A stretch of 59,195 nucleotides of DNA from Pelomyxa schiedti (taxonomy: Eukaryota > Protista > Evosea), in assembly GCA_020536535.1 (NCBI GenBank), contig JAHLWZ010000512.1, forward strand, positions 1-59,195. Direction: 5' to 3'. Position numbers and translations under genes: made by a program. Positions 47,280 through 59,195 of the stretch are shown here, in pieces. The notes beneath the pieces are model-generated. The model made no database searches, was not told where the DNA came from, and was given only the letters and a program-made list of their open reading frames with translations. Each line of letters starts with the position of its first letter. The first letter of the stretch is position 1.

Positions 47280-48074
47280 CTTTTTTTTTTTTTTAAAGTT
47301 GAAATCTGTTTTTCTTCTAAAGGGGAGTGGTGGTGTGCGTCGAACGGACTGCGGCGGTTGTGGGAGGAGCCAGTGCTTTCGCATTTGATTTGTGCTGCAG
47401 TGGGCGTTGCAGTATGAATACCTCCTGATTGATGTTGGGCATGCTTCTTGGCCATTGCGTCACCGTCGTTATGGTACTATTCAGTCAATTTGGTGATTTG
47501 AGTCTTAGTTGATGACTGCCGTTTCAGAATAAGAACAAAAAAGAAGGAGATGATTGTGAGGTGTGCAACCCCAACGAACCCCTGCACTGACTCGATGGAT
47601 CTGCAACCATGCTTTGGGAAATGGCCCCTCACCTTCCCCCCCCTTCTGGAGATTGTGTCCCCTCAGCGCTATGTGCACCTGGGAGCCACATCACCAGAGG
47701 ATCAAGGAAAACCAAGGACCACGTTTTGCTCGCAGTGAGCACTGTGGCAGACCCTTGAGCCAATGCATTAGTTTGAGGCTCGTGGAGGAAAATCAGCCCC
47801 CCAAATCATCGATGAAATCGTCAACCTTGGGGGCAAAATTTCGAAGTAATTAAACGGGGTTTCTTATGAGAAAACTGATTTGTTTGGTTGTTGGGTTTCC
47901 AACTAACAAACTCAACATCTTGGTTATTGTCGAAGGAGCACACCTCTTTTGCATCAACCTCCAAGGAGATGCTCAGTACTCTGCCCATAAACCAGCCCAG
48001 ATGTTCCCACCAAGCGCATTATGGGACATGACTGACCAAGAACCAGTCTCCAATTTTCCATTTTTTTGATTTGG

Positions 48075-49289
48075 TTAATACAGAACGTCGTTTATGTGGA
48101 CTTTGATGGCTAGGGTTGTGGGTGCTGCTTTGTCAAATGTGAACCGTTGCCCTTTAGCAGCATCACAGTCATTCATTTCACAGAGACCAGACAAGCTCAA
48201 GTGCAACGTCTTTGTCTTTGTTGTCTTCTTGTTGGCCGTGACTTGTATGCTCACAGTCTTATCATGTGCATAGAGCTTCTTCTTAGAGAGGAGCAATCGG
48301 ACTTGTAGTGTTCCTGCCGGTTTCTTAGTGCGCACTTCCAGCTCGAAGTCCATGCACGGAGTGGAAATAATGTCACCTTCGGCAATCCACCATGAATCTC
48401 CATCCTTTATCGCTTTTGCTGAGAAAGTGCACCCATCACATCCATAGACTGGAGAAAAAATAATGTCAGTTGTAAATGGGGGATTTGTGATCTAACCTTT
48501 TGAAACAACATCTCGAAATTGGAGGCAAACAGAACGAACATTAAGAACCGATTTTGCTGGTAAATAGCCTACAATCTGTGATAGAACAGGAACCGGCAAG
48601 TCCAGAATGTGTGTGCCTTATTTTAATTTTTTGTTCTATTGATTCAGTGAATTAAATCATTACCTACTAAAATGTAAATGTCATTCAAAGAGCTCCCCAG
48701 CGCAGACAAAAGGCGTTCACTTGGGATAATGAGCTATGTTTCACCAATTAGGCAATACCAGAACATAATTGAGAACAAACTCGCTGGTTCCCTGAGTAGT
48801 CATTGGTGTTCAATGTCTTCAGTCTGTTGAAGGAACTCTGTGTGTGTCGTCAAATAAATAAGAATGGCTCTGATGATAGCAGGACGCACAGCCAAGTTCG
48901 ATTGTATGTTCTCCTTGAGTAGGCCGATTCTCTTGTCAACCAGTGCCACCATTTCAGCTTTGAGCTTACCTAAACCATCGTTCACTTGCGCTGTAGCTTC
49001 CACTGCACTCTAAAGTGCCAAGAATTTAGCATGTGTGCCAGTAACAAAAAAATACAAACCACAGACCACCACATACAAAAACACACAAAACAAAACAAAA
49101 AAACCAAATAGCTCTCACCTTCTCAGTGTCCGCGGCGAGCCTCTTCAAATACACAACAGCGTCGCGAACGACCGAAAACGACGCACTCCCATAATCGTTG
49201 GCTGTGTGAAGTGGGTCCGGGGATTCAGACTGTTGCGATTGTTGTGGTGTCGTTCTGCCCCGCTTGCGTAGCGGCTCTCCCGCTTCCAT
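48075..49289 (-). CDS. F-box protein paralogue A (coiled coil - F-box - beta-sandwich C-terminus)
   Basis: F-box ILDLPVPVLSQIVGYLPAKSVLNVRSVCLQFRDVV at about 48510-48610; homologous to 56260-57481. Confidence 0.8.
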
Positions 49290-49346
49290 CGTCGTCGGTA
49301 CATATTTTGTGGTTCGTGAGGGTATTTTTTTTAAAAACGCAGGTGA

Positions 49347-51229
49347 CTAATGAAAGTGACGGTGCTGCAGGTTGAGGTCGTGTGTGTATAGCCAGCAGCA
49401 TGTTGTGTCAGAGTCAGAGGGAAGATGAACACTCCAGGCAAACTCATAAATGTCGTCCATTGTGATGTCGGGGAAGTGCCTCATGGTGAATGACGCAATG
49501 ATTGGTGACTGTAGCACAAGCCCAAGCAGCTTCTCTTTGATAATTGCTGCCGTGATGCTGGGGAAACATCGCAGCATCATCTTCCATGTTCCCAAGTCAA
49601 AGTCCAATTGGGACTTACGCCAGTCGAGGGACAGGACCTGCACACATGAATGGAATGAGTGAGAGAAAGTATTTGTTACGGGTACCTCGTCGAGGGTGAT
49701 GTGGAACTTATGGATGAGCCACTCTGCGCAGTTCTCTTGTCCCCAGTAAATCATTTTGGAGAGTAACAGGTTATCGTGAGCTGTGATGTGCTCACGTTCC
49801 AGTTGGAAGTGCCTTATCAGCCACTTGACTGCCTTTGTTGACTCTACCCCAACATTGTTTGGGAGGCATTCCGCAACAGACTCTTTGGTGAACTCACCCT
49901 TTGATGCTACCTTTTTGACTTGTGAGAAGCGGGCACCTTGAATACTCTCTGCCAATATTCTGCAGAGGAGCACAGAGCGCTTTGGTTCGGAAATGTGGAA
50001 CTTTTCGATGAGGAGGACGGGCGCTGTATCTACATTGTGTTTGGTGAGGAGATGCTCAATACAATGCACAACAGTACTCGCGGACACTCTTTGTTACAGA
50101 ATTTACTGAGGTTCTCCTAGGGGAAAGTGAACAAGGAGAATGTCGACGTTGCCCACTCCAATACATCCACCCGGTTGATTTCATTCAATGCACTATAGCC
50201 TGGAGGCTGGCGCAACTTGAGGAGGGGCAATACATACTCACAGATTTTGACAGAGTCACTTCCCGTGCCTCCAAGGCAACCAACGAGTGTGGCGAGTGTA
50301 CTCGGATTCTCAGGGAATGTTTCAAAACACCACTTGACAACACCCAAGTTTTCACTCTTGCACGAGCGTAACTGAATCTTCATGCGCGAATAGCGGCGGA
50401 ACTGTGACGCCAAATCGAATGTGTTTACCATCCACTGAGCCAGTTCCAAGTGGCCCCCGGACACAGCAGAATGAAGCGGGGCAAAAAACTCCCAAGGCTC
50501 CCTGAAGCCGAACCTCTCGACCAGCCACCTGGCCACGTCCAAGTGCCCCTTTTTGCATGCCCTCTTCAAGATTGGGAACTCCCTCACATGGTCAGCAAGC
50601 CTCCCACCCTCCAACTCGCCACCACATCTACCTCCCCAAGCTTCTTCCTCAGTTGTCATCGTGGTTGCAGTGGTCGTGGTCATAGTAGTTGTGGTGGCGG
50701 CGGAGGTTGTCCCACACCACACCAACCCAGGCCAGTTCCCATCAACCAGCCACTGTGCCGTCGCCAAGTTGCCGGCCCTGCACAGCCCAGCCAACACATG
50801 CACAAACTCCTTGGCCACCCTCCTCTTCATCCTCATCTCCACTGTCATTTCCCCAGGTCCGGCCTCGGGGCTGGTCTCCTTCCTGTAATTGGCCAGCAGC
50901 CAGTTGACACACAGGCCGCCGCCCGTGCCCGTGCTCGCGGTGGGGGTGGTGTAGCAGGGCGCAGCCTCGGCGGCGGCCTCGATGAGGCGGTAGTACCTGT
51001 CGTAGTGGCGCAGCAGGGAGCGGCACACGCGGCCGACGAGGGGGAACATGGCCTCCCCGACCCGCATCGTGGTCACCACCGCGTCCCTCGAGTCCACGCG
51101 GGTGAAGGGCGTGGCCGGGGTGACCAGCAGGGAGCGGGGGACGAGCCACGGCATGACCCACTCCCACACCGTCCGCGACATCATCACCACTCGTGCGTGG
51201 TATTCCCCTTTTGTTTCCAACGACGACAT
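49347..51229 (-). CDS. Degenerate ankyrin-like repeat protein, possibly a pseudogene
   Basis: Ankyrin-like units LCRAGNLATAQWL, ACKKGHLDVARWL, AVSGGHLELAQWM. TAG at 50117-50119 and a frame change to ORF 49347-50087 could be a ~60-nt intron or a lesion. Confidence 0.65.
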
Positions 51230-51419
51230 CGTTTTCTGAAGAAATGTTGATTAGCTGCTTGAGGGTTTTGGTTTGTAACCAGTGCTTTTCTCTTTGTTGT
51301 ACCGACAACGGGATGTGAACGAAAGCCAAGTTGGTGACAGGTTCTTTTCTTTTTCTGAAATGATGAAAGCAAGTGCCGTGTCACATACTACATGTACAGT
51401 ACACTTTTTTTTGGTTTGG

Positions 51420-54400
51420 TTAGTTCGCACTTCCTGCTTCCAGCAAACGTTCTGAATCGAGATGGGGCTGGAGGATGGATACAATCTCGGAGAAGGTGGG
51501 TCTGTCATCAGGGTTCTGTTTCCAGCACTTGCACATAACCGCACTGATTGAGGAGGATGAGGAGGGTGATTCAGGAGGCACAGGTGGCCTGTTTCCGGTG
51601 CATACATGTTCTATCAGTGCTTTTTTTTTGTGAGAAAGGGAAAGCTGTGCTTGTAGTTTGTTTTGCAGGGTAATCGGTGTTGTATACCAAATGCGGATGT
51701 GATATCTACATAGGGTTCCTGCTGAGTAAGAATGCACCACACAAGAATCCCAAAAGAATATACATCAGCTTTCCACTTCCAGCGGGTGAGTAAACGAAAG
51801 GGGATGATATGTACAAAGGAATTAATTAATTACACACTGAATAGGGTTCAGATTTTAGGACTTCAGGTGCTGTAACTACGCCGGGTTAAAAAACAGTAGA
51901 AATTAACTGCCAAAGGAGAGTACGCACATGAAAGAGTGCCTATGCAGGCTGTGTATTTAGCTGATTCCGAAACATCTGTGGCCATCCTTGCTGTGCCAAA
52001 ATCGCTCAGCTTGATATGCTGTCCAGCACTTGGAGATAATGAGGAGATCAGAACCTGAAAATATTGGTGAGGCACCTGGCATATTCCAGCTGGATACATT
52101 TGCAGGTTTAAGGTCGCGGTGTATCACTCGATTTCTTGGGAAAAAGAAAAAGCTCAATCACTCATAGTTATTTCTGACAGAGGAAATGTACCTGTGTAAA
52201 AATTGCATTCCCTGAGCAATTTCAAAACAAAGGCGGAGCTTTTGTTTCATTCTCAGTTCTACTTAAAAATGGATGAATGTGTTCTAAACCTTCATTTCTT
52301 CCGATAATGTTTGTTGAGAAAGAATGCCTTCCAAACTCCCCATCTCGATCATTTCCTGATGACGAATTGAAGTGAAGAAACATCTGAGATAATGGGGTGT
52401 ACCATAACTATCAGACAATGATCCCTTGTGAGACAAAAGCCATAGAATGTCCTGTTGTAGAGATTAATATTAAATTATAATTATAATACAAATTATTATA
52501 TATATAATATGATAAACAAATATTAATATTTGATTGTTACGTGGAGAGATGGAAAATACACGGTGAACGGTGATCGCAGCATAATGGACATGTCAATCTC
52601 ATGCAGAAGACTCTCTCTTGCGGTATCAGACTCAAAAAACCAAGGAGGAAAAGTCTTTTCTTGTTGTGAGAATATTGTATTCGGAATATCAAATTGAATT
52701 CACACCTTTACAGCAACATCAAACCCTCTCCATTTCGCTCTGAATACACTTCCCATGGCACCTTGTCCTATTTTTTCTCCTATTTTTTTTCAAGAGAGAG
52801 TGGGTCGCTCAGTGACAGGAAGAAGTTCCACAAATAAAGGCGCAGCAAATGAATGTGTTATTGTACCATAATCGATCTCATCAGCATCCAATTTCAACGA
52901 CTGTTCAACGCTGGCTGTCACTGGAATAATGATATTGAACGGTAGATCTAGCAAACAAACAGATCAGAGTGAAGAAGGAAGAAATATGTATAAGATACGA
53001 GTACCTGAACACTTCAACGCAACTTCAAATGACAAATCTGCTGTGCACTTGGGTGTTATTGAGAACCGGAATGTGCACGTTTCGCTCTAAGAAATGTATA
53101 TTTCCTATTTATTTAGTATTGTGCTCAAGGGTGTTGATGAAGACCCTACCTTGGAGAGCGAGCAGGACTCAGGGTCAACGTGAAACGCGTATTTATGACT
53201 GTTGTTATTTTTTCCATGTGGCACAGATAGTGACAGGGTTCTGGTGGAACGCAGTGTATTCGTAACTGAAATCTCGTCATGTGATTCCTTATCCACCGAA
53301 AGAAGCTTGTCTTCAGTTCCGAAATTGATTTTTTGCTTTGAGAAAAGAAGACCATGTGCATCAGATGTCCAAGCAAATTTACTGTTCAAGGCGTTACAGT
53401 TGTTTATATCTAGAAAAGGATATGCTGACTATACCACATTTCAGCTGCTGCTGCAGAGCCACCAAGAAGATATTGGTACTCGTTGTTTTTCTTTTTCTGG
53501 TGGTGCCTCAGAATTACTATTGTTCCCGCCAAGACACCCGAAAAAGTCAACAGAGTTACTATTATGGCAATGGCTGGTCCAATGAGATCTTGGTGTGGTA
53601 TTAATTAAATAAAGCCAAGGGCCGGAAGTACTTAGTTTGCAATCATTTGAAATTGGTTTTGTAGAAACCCAAAACACGTCGCATTCACACTTAGTTGTGC
53701 AACCAGAACCGCCATCACTTAACTTTTGGGTGAAAATATCGTTGACAAAAAAAAGAGAAAAATACCACTGCTCATAAGGATCCACAATGGAATTGTTGCA
53801 TGCTTAAGGCTGACTTAGAGAGATACGGATTTGAAAAGTAAAGGAAACCTGGGCCACAAGAAACTTCTGGGGTGGTATAGGCGAAGTATCCTTTCTCACA
53901 AGCGCAATTATTGGTGCAAAATTTCCCACCGTCACTGTGAAAGGAATGTGTATCAGATTCGGGAAAAGTCCTGAAAAAAAAAAAAAAAAAAAAAAGAAGA
54001 AGAAAACCATTCTTCTGGATCAGCAGCAATACCATCACCACATTCTGGCACAGAATGGAGAAAAAGATGGAAGAAGATGAAAGTTAGTGAAAGTGAGAGA
54101 GGCCTTCTCGTACTTGTGAAACAGTCAATTGCATATGGACCAGCACCAACCTGCGCATAATAGCCAGGAAGACAGGAACAGTTGTTACTGCACCCAAAAC
54201 CTCCATCACATTCTTCGGCGTCATCGATATACATATTCCCACAAATGCCTGTTTTTATGTTGTTAACTCTGAACAAGATGCCGAATGAAAACCTTTTTTG
54301 GCACATGTGGCATTTAATGTGCAGATTTCACCCGTGTAACAACCTAGAGACAATGCGCCACATCCCTGACCTTGGGTGCAGTTGCAGTCTGGATCAAACA

Positions 54401-56123
54401 CGCCGCATAAACAGTCGCAGCCATCACTTGAATTGTACCACCAGGCATAGCATTGCCACCCAGGGACTGTTCGTTGAAGGAGTCAAGAGAGGAAAATATT
54501 ATGGGCACTTAACCAATACAAAGCCCGTCTTTGCACAGAGATCCCGAAGGACAATCACCCGATAAGTACTGGCTATCTTGACATGCTGGATCAGGGAGAC
54601 CACACAGACAGTCACATTTGTCATCAAAGAAGCTTGCATTGCCACAAATCCAGGATCTGGGTGCTGCAAATAGTCCTGTAAAATGGAGAGAAGAGTTTGG
54701 TGGAAGTACCTTGGCATTGACTCTGATTGTTGCAAGACCAAAGCAAGTCAGGACAGCCATAAACAGGTTGTTCCATTAAATTACCTTCAGCCATTCAGAA
54801 CGTGTAAAAGAACTAAAACTTACAATCGGGATCAATTGCACCACAACTTAATTCCCCGCATTGACATCCATCTTGTGTGCCATAATTGCAGCGGGTACAT
54901 TGGCCTGGAATCTCTTGGGAATGATGAATTAAGCCTATTTCTGCAGTTTAGGGAATGGTTACCTGTGCAAGTACCATTCGACAAGCAGAGGTGGTCAAGT
55001 GAAGAGGCACAACCTGAGACCTATTCTATGGGTCAATATCGTTTAATGGCAAGCAAAGAGTCTACAGGCAACCGCTGGTTGTAACAATCAAGATCATAGA
55101 TTCCGCAGCCGCAGTTACATTCTGTTCCGTTGTTCCACCAGAAGTCGGGACATGTCCACATCGGCGGAATCAAGTCCACTTTTATGTATTATTATCTTTA
55201 CTCGGGAACTGTATAACATACCATGTGCCCCAGTAGTTCGTAATTGCAATTTTTTCATTACCTCGCCATCAGAATAGTGACTGTAGAGAGGTTCCCATGG
55301 CGACGATGCACTGTAACGAATATACGAGGTTGTTATTTTGCGCATTGGATTCCTGTCTATCATGAGTGCCACGAAGTTGTACCCAGCGTCACAAACAAAC
55401 GCAGACACTCCAATGAATACGATCCGAGACCAGGCAACTTAATTAAGGTCTGTAAATATATGATAAGTGAACAGAAAAGTGCATACTAAAGTTAAAAGGG
55501 CTCAGGTCAAGCAGCACACTACCATAATTCGAGCCAGTCAGATTGTAATCCATGGTGGTGTATGGCTTTGAGTCAGGAATACCCCCCACATCTTGGTACA
55601 GGGTTATTTGTATCGTAGTGTAATTGCTGGTGGTCCACCAAAGATACGCGCACATCTATTGTGGGAGAAAAACCTTTATTACTAGGTTCAAAAGCACAGA
55701 CACAAAATTCCATTACTATTACGATAATTGAAACAGGGGGAAAAAAAAAACAGAGCCGGGTTCGGGTGCCTGTGTGAATTTCCAGGGCGGATCGTCGATG
55801 TATTCGACCTGCACCCACTCGCTGGTCGTAACACAAATCTCATTGCTGCTTTCACAGCAGGCGTAGTCCCACGACGTGTACGACGAATTGGGGTCGCACG
55901 ACCCTGAGGCACCGACTTGGGTTGTTGGGCCCCCCAGAGCCACGCCGCCCCCGCTGGGAGAGAAGTAGAGGGCCGAGTCCCCTGCTGCTGTGGCCACAGC
56001 GGCTGCTGCGGGCGATCGGTGGGGGCGGAGGACCGGTGGGGGCAAGCCAGGATTATGGGACGAGTGGATGGTGGTGACAACACCACAAATGACGAGGAGC
56101 ACAAACGCCGTGCCCGTTGACAT
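51420..56123 (-). CDS. Transmembrane receptor kinase (TKL, Entamoeba TMK-like) with Cys-rich ectodomain
   Basis: Signal-like MSTGTAFVLLVICGVV; CGN/CGD..EECDGG repeats; TM LIGPAIAIIVTLLTFSGVLAGTIVIL; juxtamembrane INFGTEDKLLSVDKESHDEISVTN; kinase IGQGAMG, VAVK, HRDLKPAN, SDFG, APE, ADVYSFG, RPTF. Confidence 0.88.
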
Positions 56124-56259
56124 CTGGTACGGCAATCAGATCTTGAACGTTCTGTTCGTGGTGTGTCTGCGAAGCCCAATCTCGAAATTAGTGATTATTC
56201 TAATTCGTTCTTTCTGATTCCAGACTTGTCTCCATTGTCTTGGGGAGAAGGGATGCCAA

Positions 56260-57481
56260 CTACATGGAAGAAATATCATTAATTGTGAGGGAGATGCGGA
56301 CCTCACTTGGCATCTCAGTTGTGCCACCAAACAAGAAACCACTGCCTTTGCCTGTGTGTTTGTTTTTCTTCATTTCAGAGAGGTCAAACAGGCTCAGATG
56401 CCGTGTCCTCTTTCTTGTCTTGTTATCGGCTGTCAGGTGTATGTTTACAGTCTTCTCTTGGGCATACAGCGTGACTTGAGTGAGGTACAGGTATACCCCC
56501 AGCCTCCTTTCCGATTTATCACTCTTGCACACAACTACTTTGAGGTTCATAGATGGTGTGGAGATGATGTCACTGCCAATAACTCTCCATCCAGCCTCTG
56601 CATCTTTTGTAGCCTGTGCTGTGAACATGAAAGTGAGGTTTCTGCAACCATAGGCTGAAAACCATCAGAGTCAAGGAACGGTGAGGGGAGTTTGAATTTA
56701 CCTTGAGATACAGCATCTCGAAATTGAGTGCATACAGAACGAGCAGCAAGAACAGACTTTGGAGGTAAGTAGCCAACAATCTGTGACAGAACATGAGGTG
56801 GCAAGTCAAGAACGTATGCCCCTATGTAATTGTTTGTTTAGATCATTGGAAATAAATGTTTGCCTGGGTGTATGGACATTTCATTCAAAGATATTTTCAA
56901 CAGAGACAACAGGCGTGCCCTTGGGAAAATGAACTATGTTTAGGAAATTAAGTTAGAGCAGCGATCCAGAAGGGAACAAACTGTCTGGGTTCGCGGCAGT
57001 TCCAATGCCTTGTCTGACCTGAGACCATTCAAGTAGTTCTGGCAGTAATTTCAATTCCTTGTCTTAGGGGAAGCAAGACACACGACTAAATTTGCTTGTA
57101 TCTCAGCCTTTAGTTGCACTATCCTCATATCTACCATTGACACCATTTCACTTCTGAGCTTGTCAACACTGTCCTCCACCTGTGCGGTGACCTGTGCAGC
57201 ACTCTGCAGTCAAGAAGTTCGAGTTGATTTCTCACTCGACAGTGAGATGTTTCATAGTGGATAAGCAAAAAGCCAATAATATATAAGCTGTACAACAACA
57301 AATGAACCTCTTGGGCGTCATTGTCGTAACGCACGATTGGGGCCAGACCCCTCCCATAGTCTCCGTTTGGTTGGTTTTGCTCGTGTGTGGGTGTTGGTGC
57401 CGAGAGTTCAACACCATTCTGTTGCTGCACTTCGTGATGATGGGTTGTACTCTCTGGTAGATTGTCAACAGTCGGTTGCAT
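56260..57481 (-). CDS. F-box protein paralogue B
   Basis: F-box LDLPPHVLSQIVGYLPPKSVLAARSVCTQFRDAV; similar exon layout and C-terminal pattern to 48075-49289; start uncertain. Confidence 0.75.
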
Positions 57482-58209
57482 GCACAAAAAGAAAAGAAAA
57501 AAATCTCCTCATTCAAAATCAAAACATTCCACTTTCTGAGAAGAACCACGATGATGGCGCCATGCGTGGCATTACGGTAACCGGCTGATGATAGTAACAC
57601 GGTTGCGGTGACGTCACTCTCTTTGCTTGTGGTGAGGTGTTTCGGTCATTGTTCGTTGGTTTCGAGTGAAATGGAGTACACCAACACATGGCCGTCAAGC
57701 CAATTGAATGTCGTACTGCAGGAACTAACCACAAGGTAAAAGACCATTTCTTTTTTCTATTTAATGTATTGATGGGTAATAAATAATAACCATTATGGTT
57801 TCTTGTTGGCCAACACACTATTGTAGGAATGTCGTGTAGTAGGTGGTAATGTGCAAGGGATAAAGATTCTCTCTTAATGAGGATGAATCCCAAGGTAGTG
57901 TGGTGTCCGAGCGACTGCGGATAGATGGGCCCTGTCCCCGATGGCGGTAAGACTCTCTTCTATCCTGCCCACTCACGAAAACTTAGGCAAGTGCACCAAA
58001 TTGGCCTCGCTACGCGACGGCACTACACGTGGTCTGCGACGTTCTTTGCCATTGCTTTTGCCTTTGGATAGTCCCCAGCCACACAACAATGGCTCTAAGC
58101 AGCCATCTCTGGGCATTGATTCTCCGGGGCTGAAGATCTATGTTCAGCAACTGCGCAATTCAGTGTAAGATTCCCACCTGGGAAGCTTCCATAATTTTAA
58201 GCTTCCATA

Positions 58210-58309
58210 NNNNNNNNNNNNNNNNNNNNNNNNNNNNNNNNNNNNNNNNNNNNNNNNNNNNNNNNNNNNNNNNNNNNNNNNNNNNNNNNNNNNNNNNNNN
58301 NNNNNNNNN
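58210..58309. other. Assembly gap (100 N)
   Basis: N run preceding a duplicated CWC2 segment. Confidence 0.99.
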
Positions 58310-59195
58310 GACATGACCCGAGTGAACATTCTGAAGGACGCTGGCAGAACCCACGCTGATGATGGTGCTCCTGTCTGTATTCACTTTGCAATGGGGAAAT
58401 GTGCTTTGGTGTGTACTAAAAGAATTAAAATATCTTCTCACTACCTTCAGGGGTCTGAGTGCAGCTACAAGCACCAAATTCCCACAGAAGATGATGAAAG
58501 ACGCACTGGCCTCACTCAAGATGTATTTGGCCGTGAGAGATACAAGTGAGTGGCAGCTTAATACATTGGAGACTAATTTTCTACAGGACCGATCGTGATG
58601 ATATGGGTGGTGTGGGAAATTTCTCTAAGGAAAACAGAAGTGCGTTCCTTTGGTCATTAAAGATTTCTACCTTAACTAATCCAACAGCTCTCTATCTTGG
58701 AGGCCTGAAAACTGAAGTACCTGTACCCGAGATGGAGACCTCTCTAAGGAAGCACTTTGGCGAATTTGGTGAACTTGAGTATGGTATGTTTGAGTCGGGT
58801 ATTTCTTATTTGAAATTTACTTTAATAGTTCGTGTTCTTGCTGGACGTGGAATCGGTTTTGTACGTTACAGACTTCGTACAGCTGCAGAGTTTGCTAAAG
58901 TTGCAATGGGGGATCAAACACTTGACCATGGTGAAGTTTTGAACGTGAGGTGGGCCTACACGGATCCAAATCCAATTGCCAAGGCACATGAAGAACAAGC
59001 GACTGCCAGTCAGTTTATTAATGCTGTGGAGAGGAGGGTCCAAACTGTATGCTGTTATATTGTTCCAGTTAATATTGACCAATCTTAACAGATGACACCG
59101 AAAGAAAAGGCTGAAATGGAAGCCCTACGACAATTGGAGCAGCTTGCTGAGAATCCTGATTCATACCCGGATACTGATGCACAGTTCACTGGGTA
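58310..59195 (+). CDS. CWC2: Cwc2, internal exons (second copy/haplotype, partial)
   Basis: Aligns to about 26106-26991; the differences seen are intronic or synonymous. Confidence 0.9.

Noticed and set aside
50117-50119. In-frame TAG as evidence of stop-codon reassignment or readthrough
   Set aside because: TAA, TAG and TGA all terminate conserved genes in this window, and a frame change follows anyway.
57519-58209. Short ORFs before the last gap
   Set aside because: No recognisable motif or consistent exon structure; left unannotated.
1-59195. CRISPR arrays, transposases, rRNA genes
   Set aside because: No repeat-spacer array, transposase/RT/integrase motif or rRNA signature was seen.

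Overview
Very compact, intron-dense eukaryotic genomic scaffold with GT-AG introns mostly 30-60 nt long, the standard genetic code and three 100-N gaps. Gene content (Roco protein, RasGEF-DEP, Entamoeba-type transmembrane kinase, two profilins, lineage-style orphan genes) points to an amoebozoan, probably an archamoeba such as Pelomyxa (inference). About 22 genes were reconstructed by manual splicing: Rab1, a divergent Rab, RasGEF, pyrroline-5-carboxylate reductase ending in a PTS1 signal, a membrane protein, a Roco pseudokinase, a TPP1/Est3-like OB protein, Tctex-1, Cwc2, an ankyrin gene, two profilins, an RCC1-F-box-ARF fusion, Atg11/FIP200, acyl carrier protein, a CH-PH protein, a UBZ/UBA protein, two F-box paralogues and a receptor kinase. 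The main signal is that the CWC2-[ankyrin gene]-profilin locus occurs in two versions. The flanks are near-identical (synonymous changes only), but the ankyrin cassette is only about 50% identical and is bounded almost exactly by stop codons; one version adds a decayed PINK1-like kinase. Other highlights are an anticodon-less tRNA-like structure just after the ATG11 stop, a TGATG stop/start overlap, and several pseudo-GTPases/pseudokinases. All gene models are manual and need RNA-seq confirmation.
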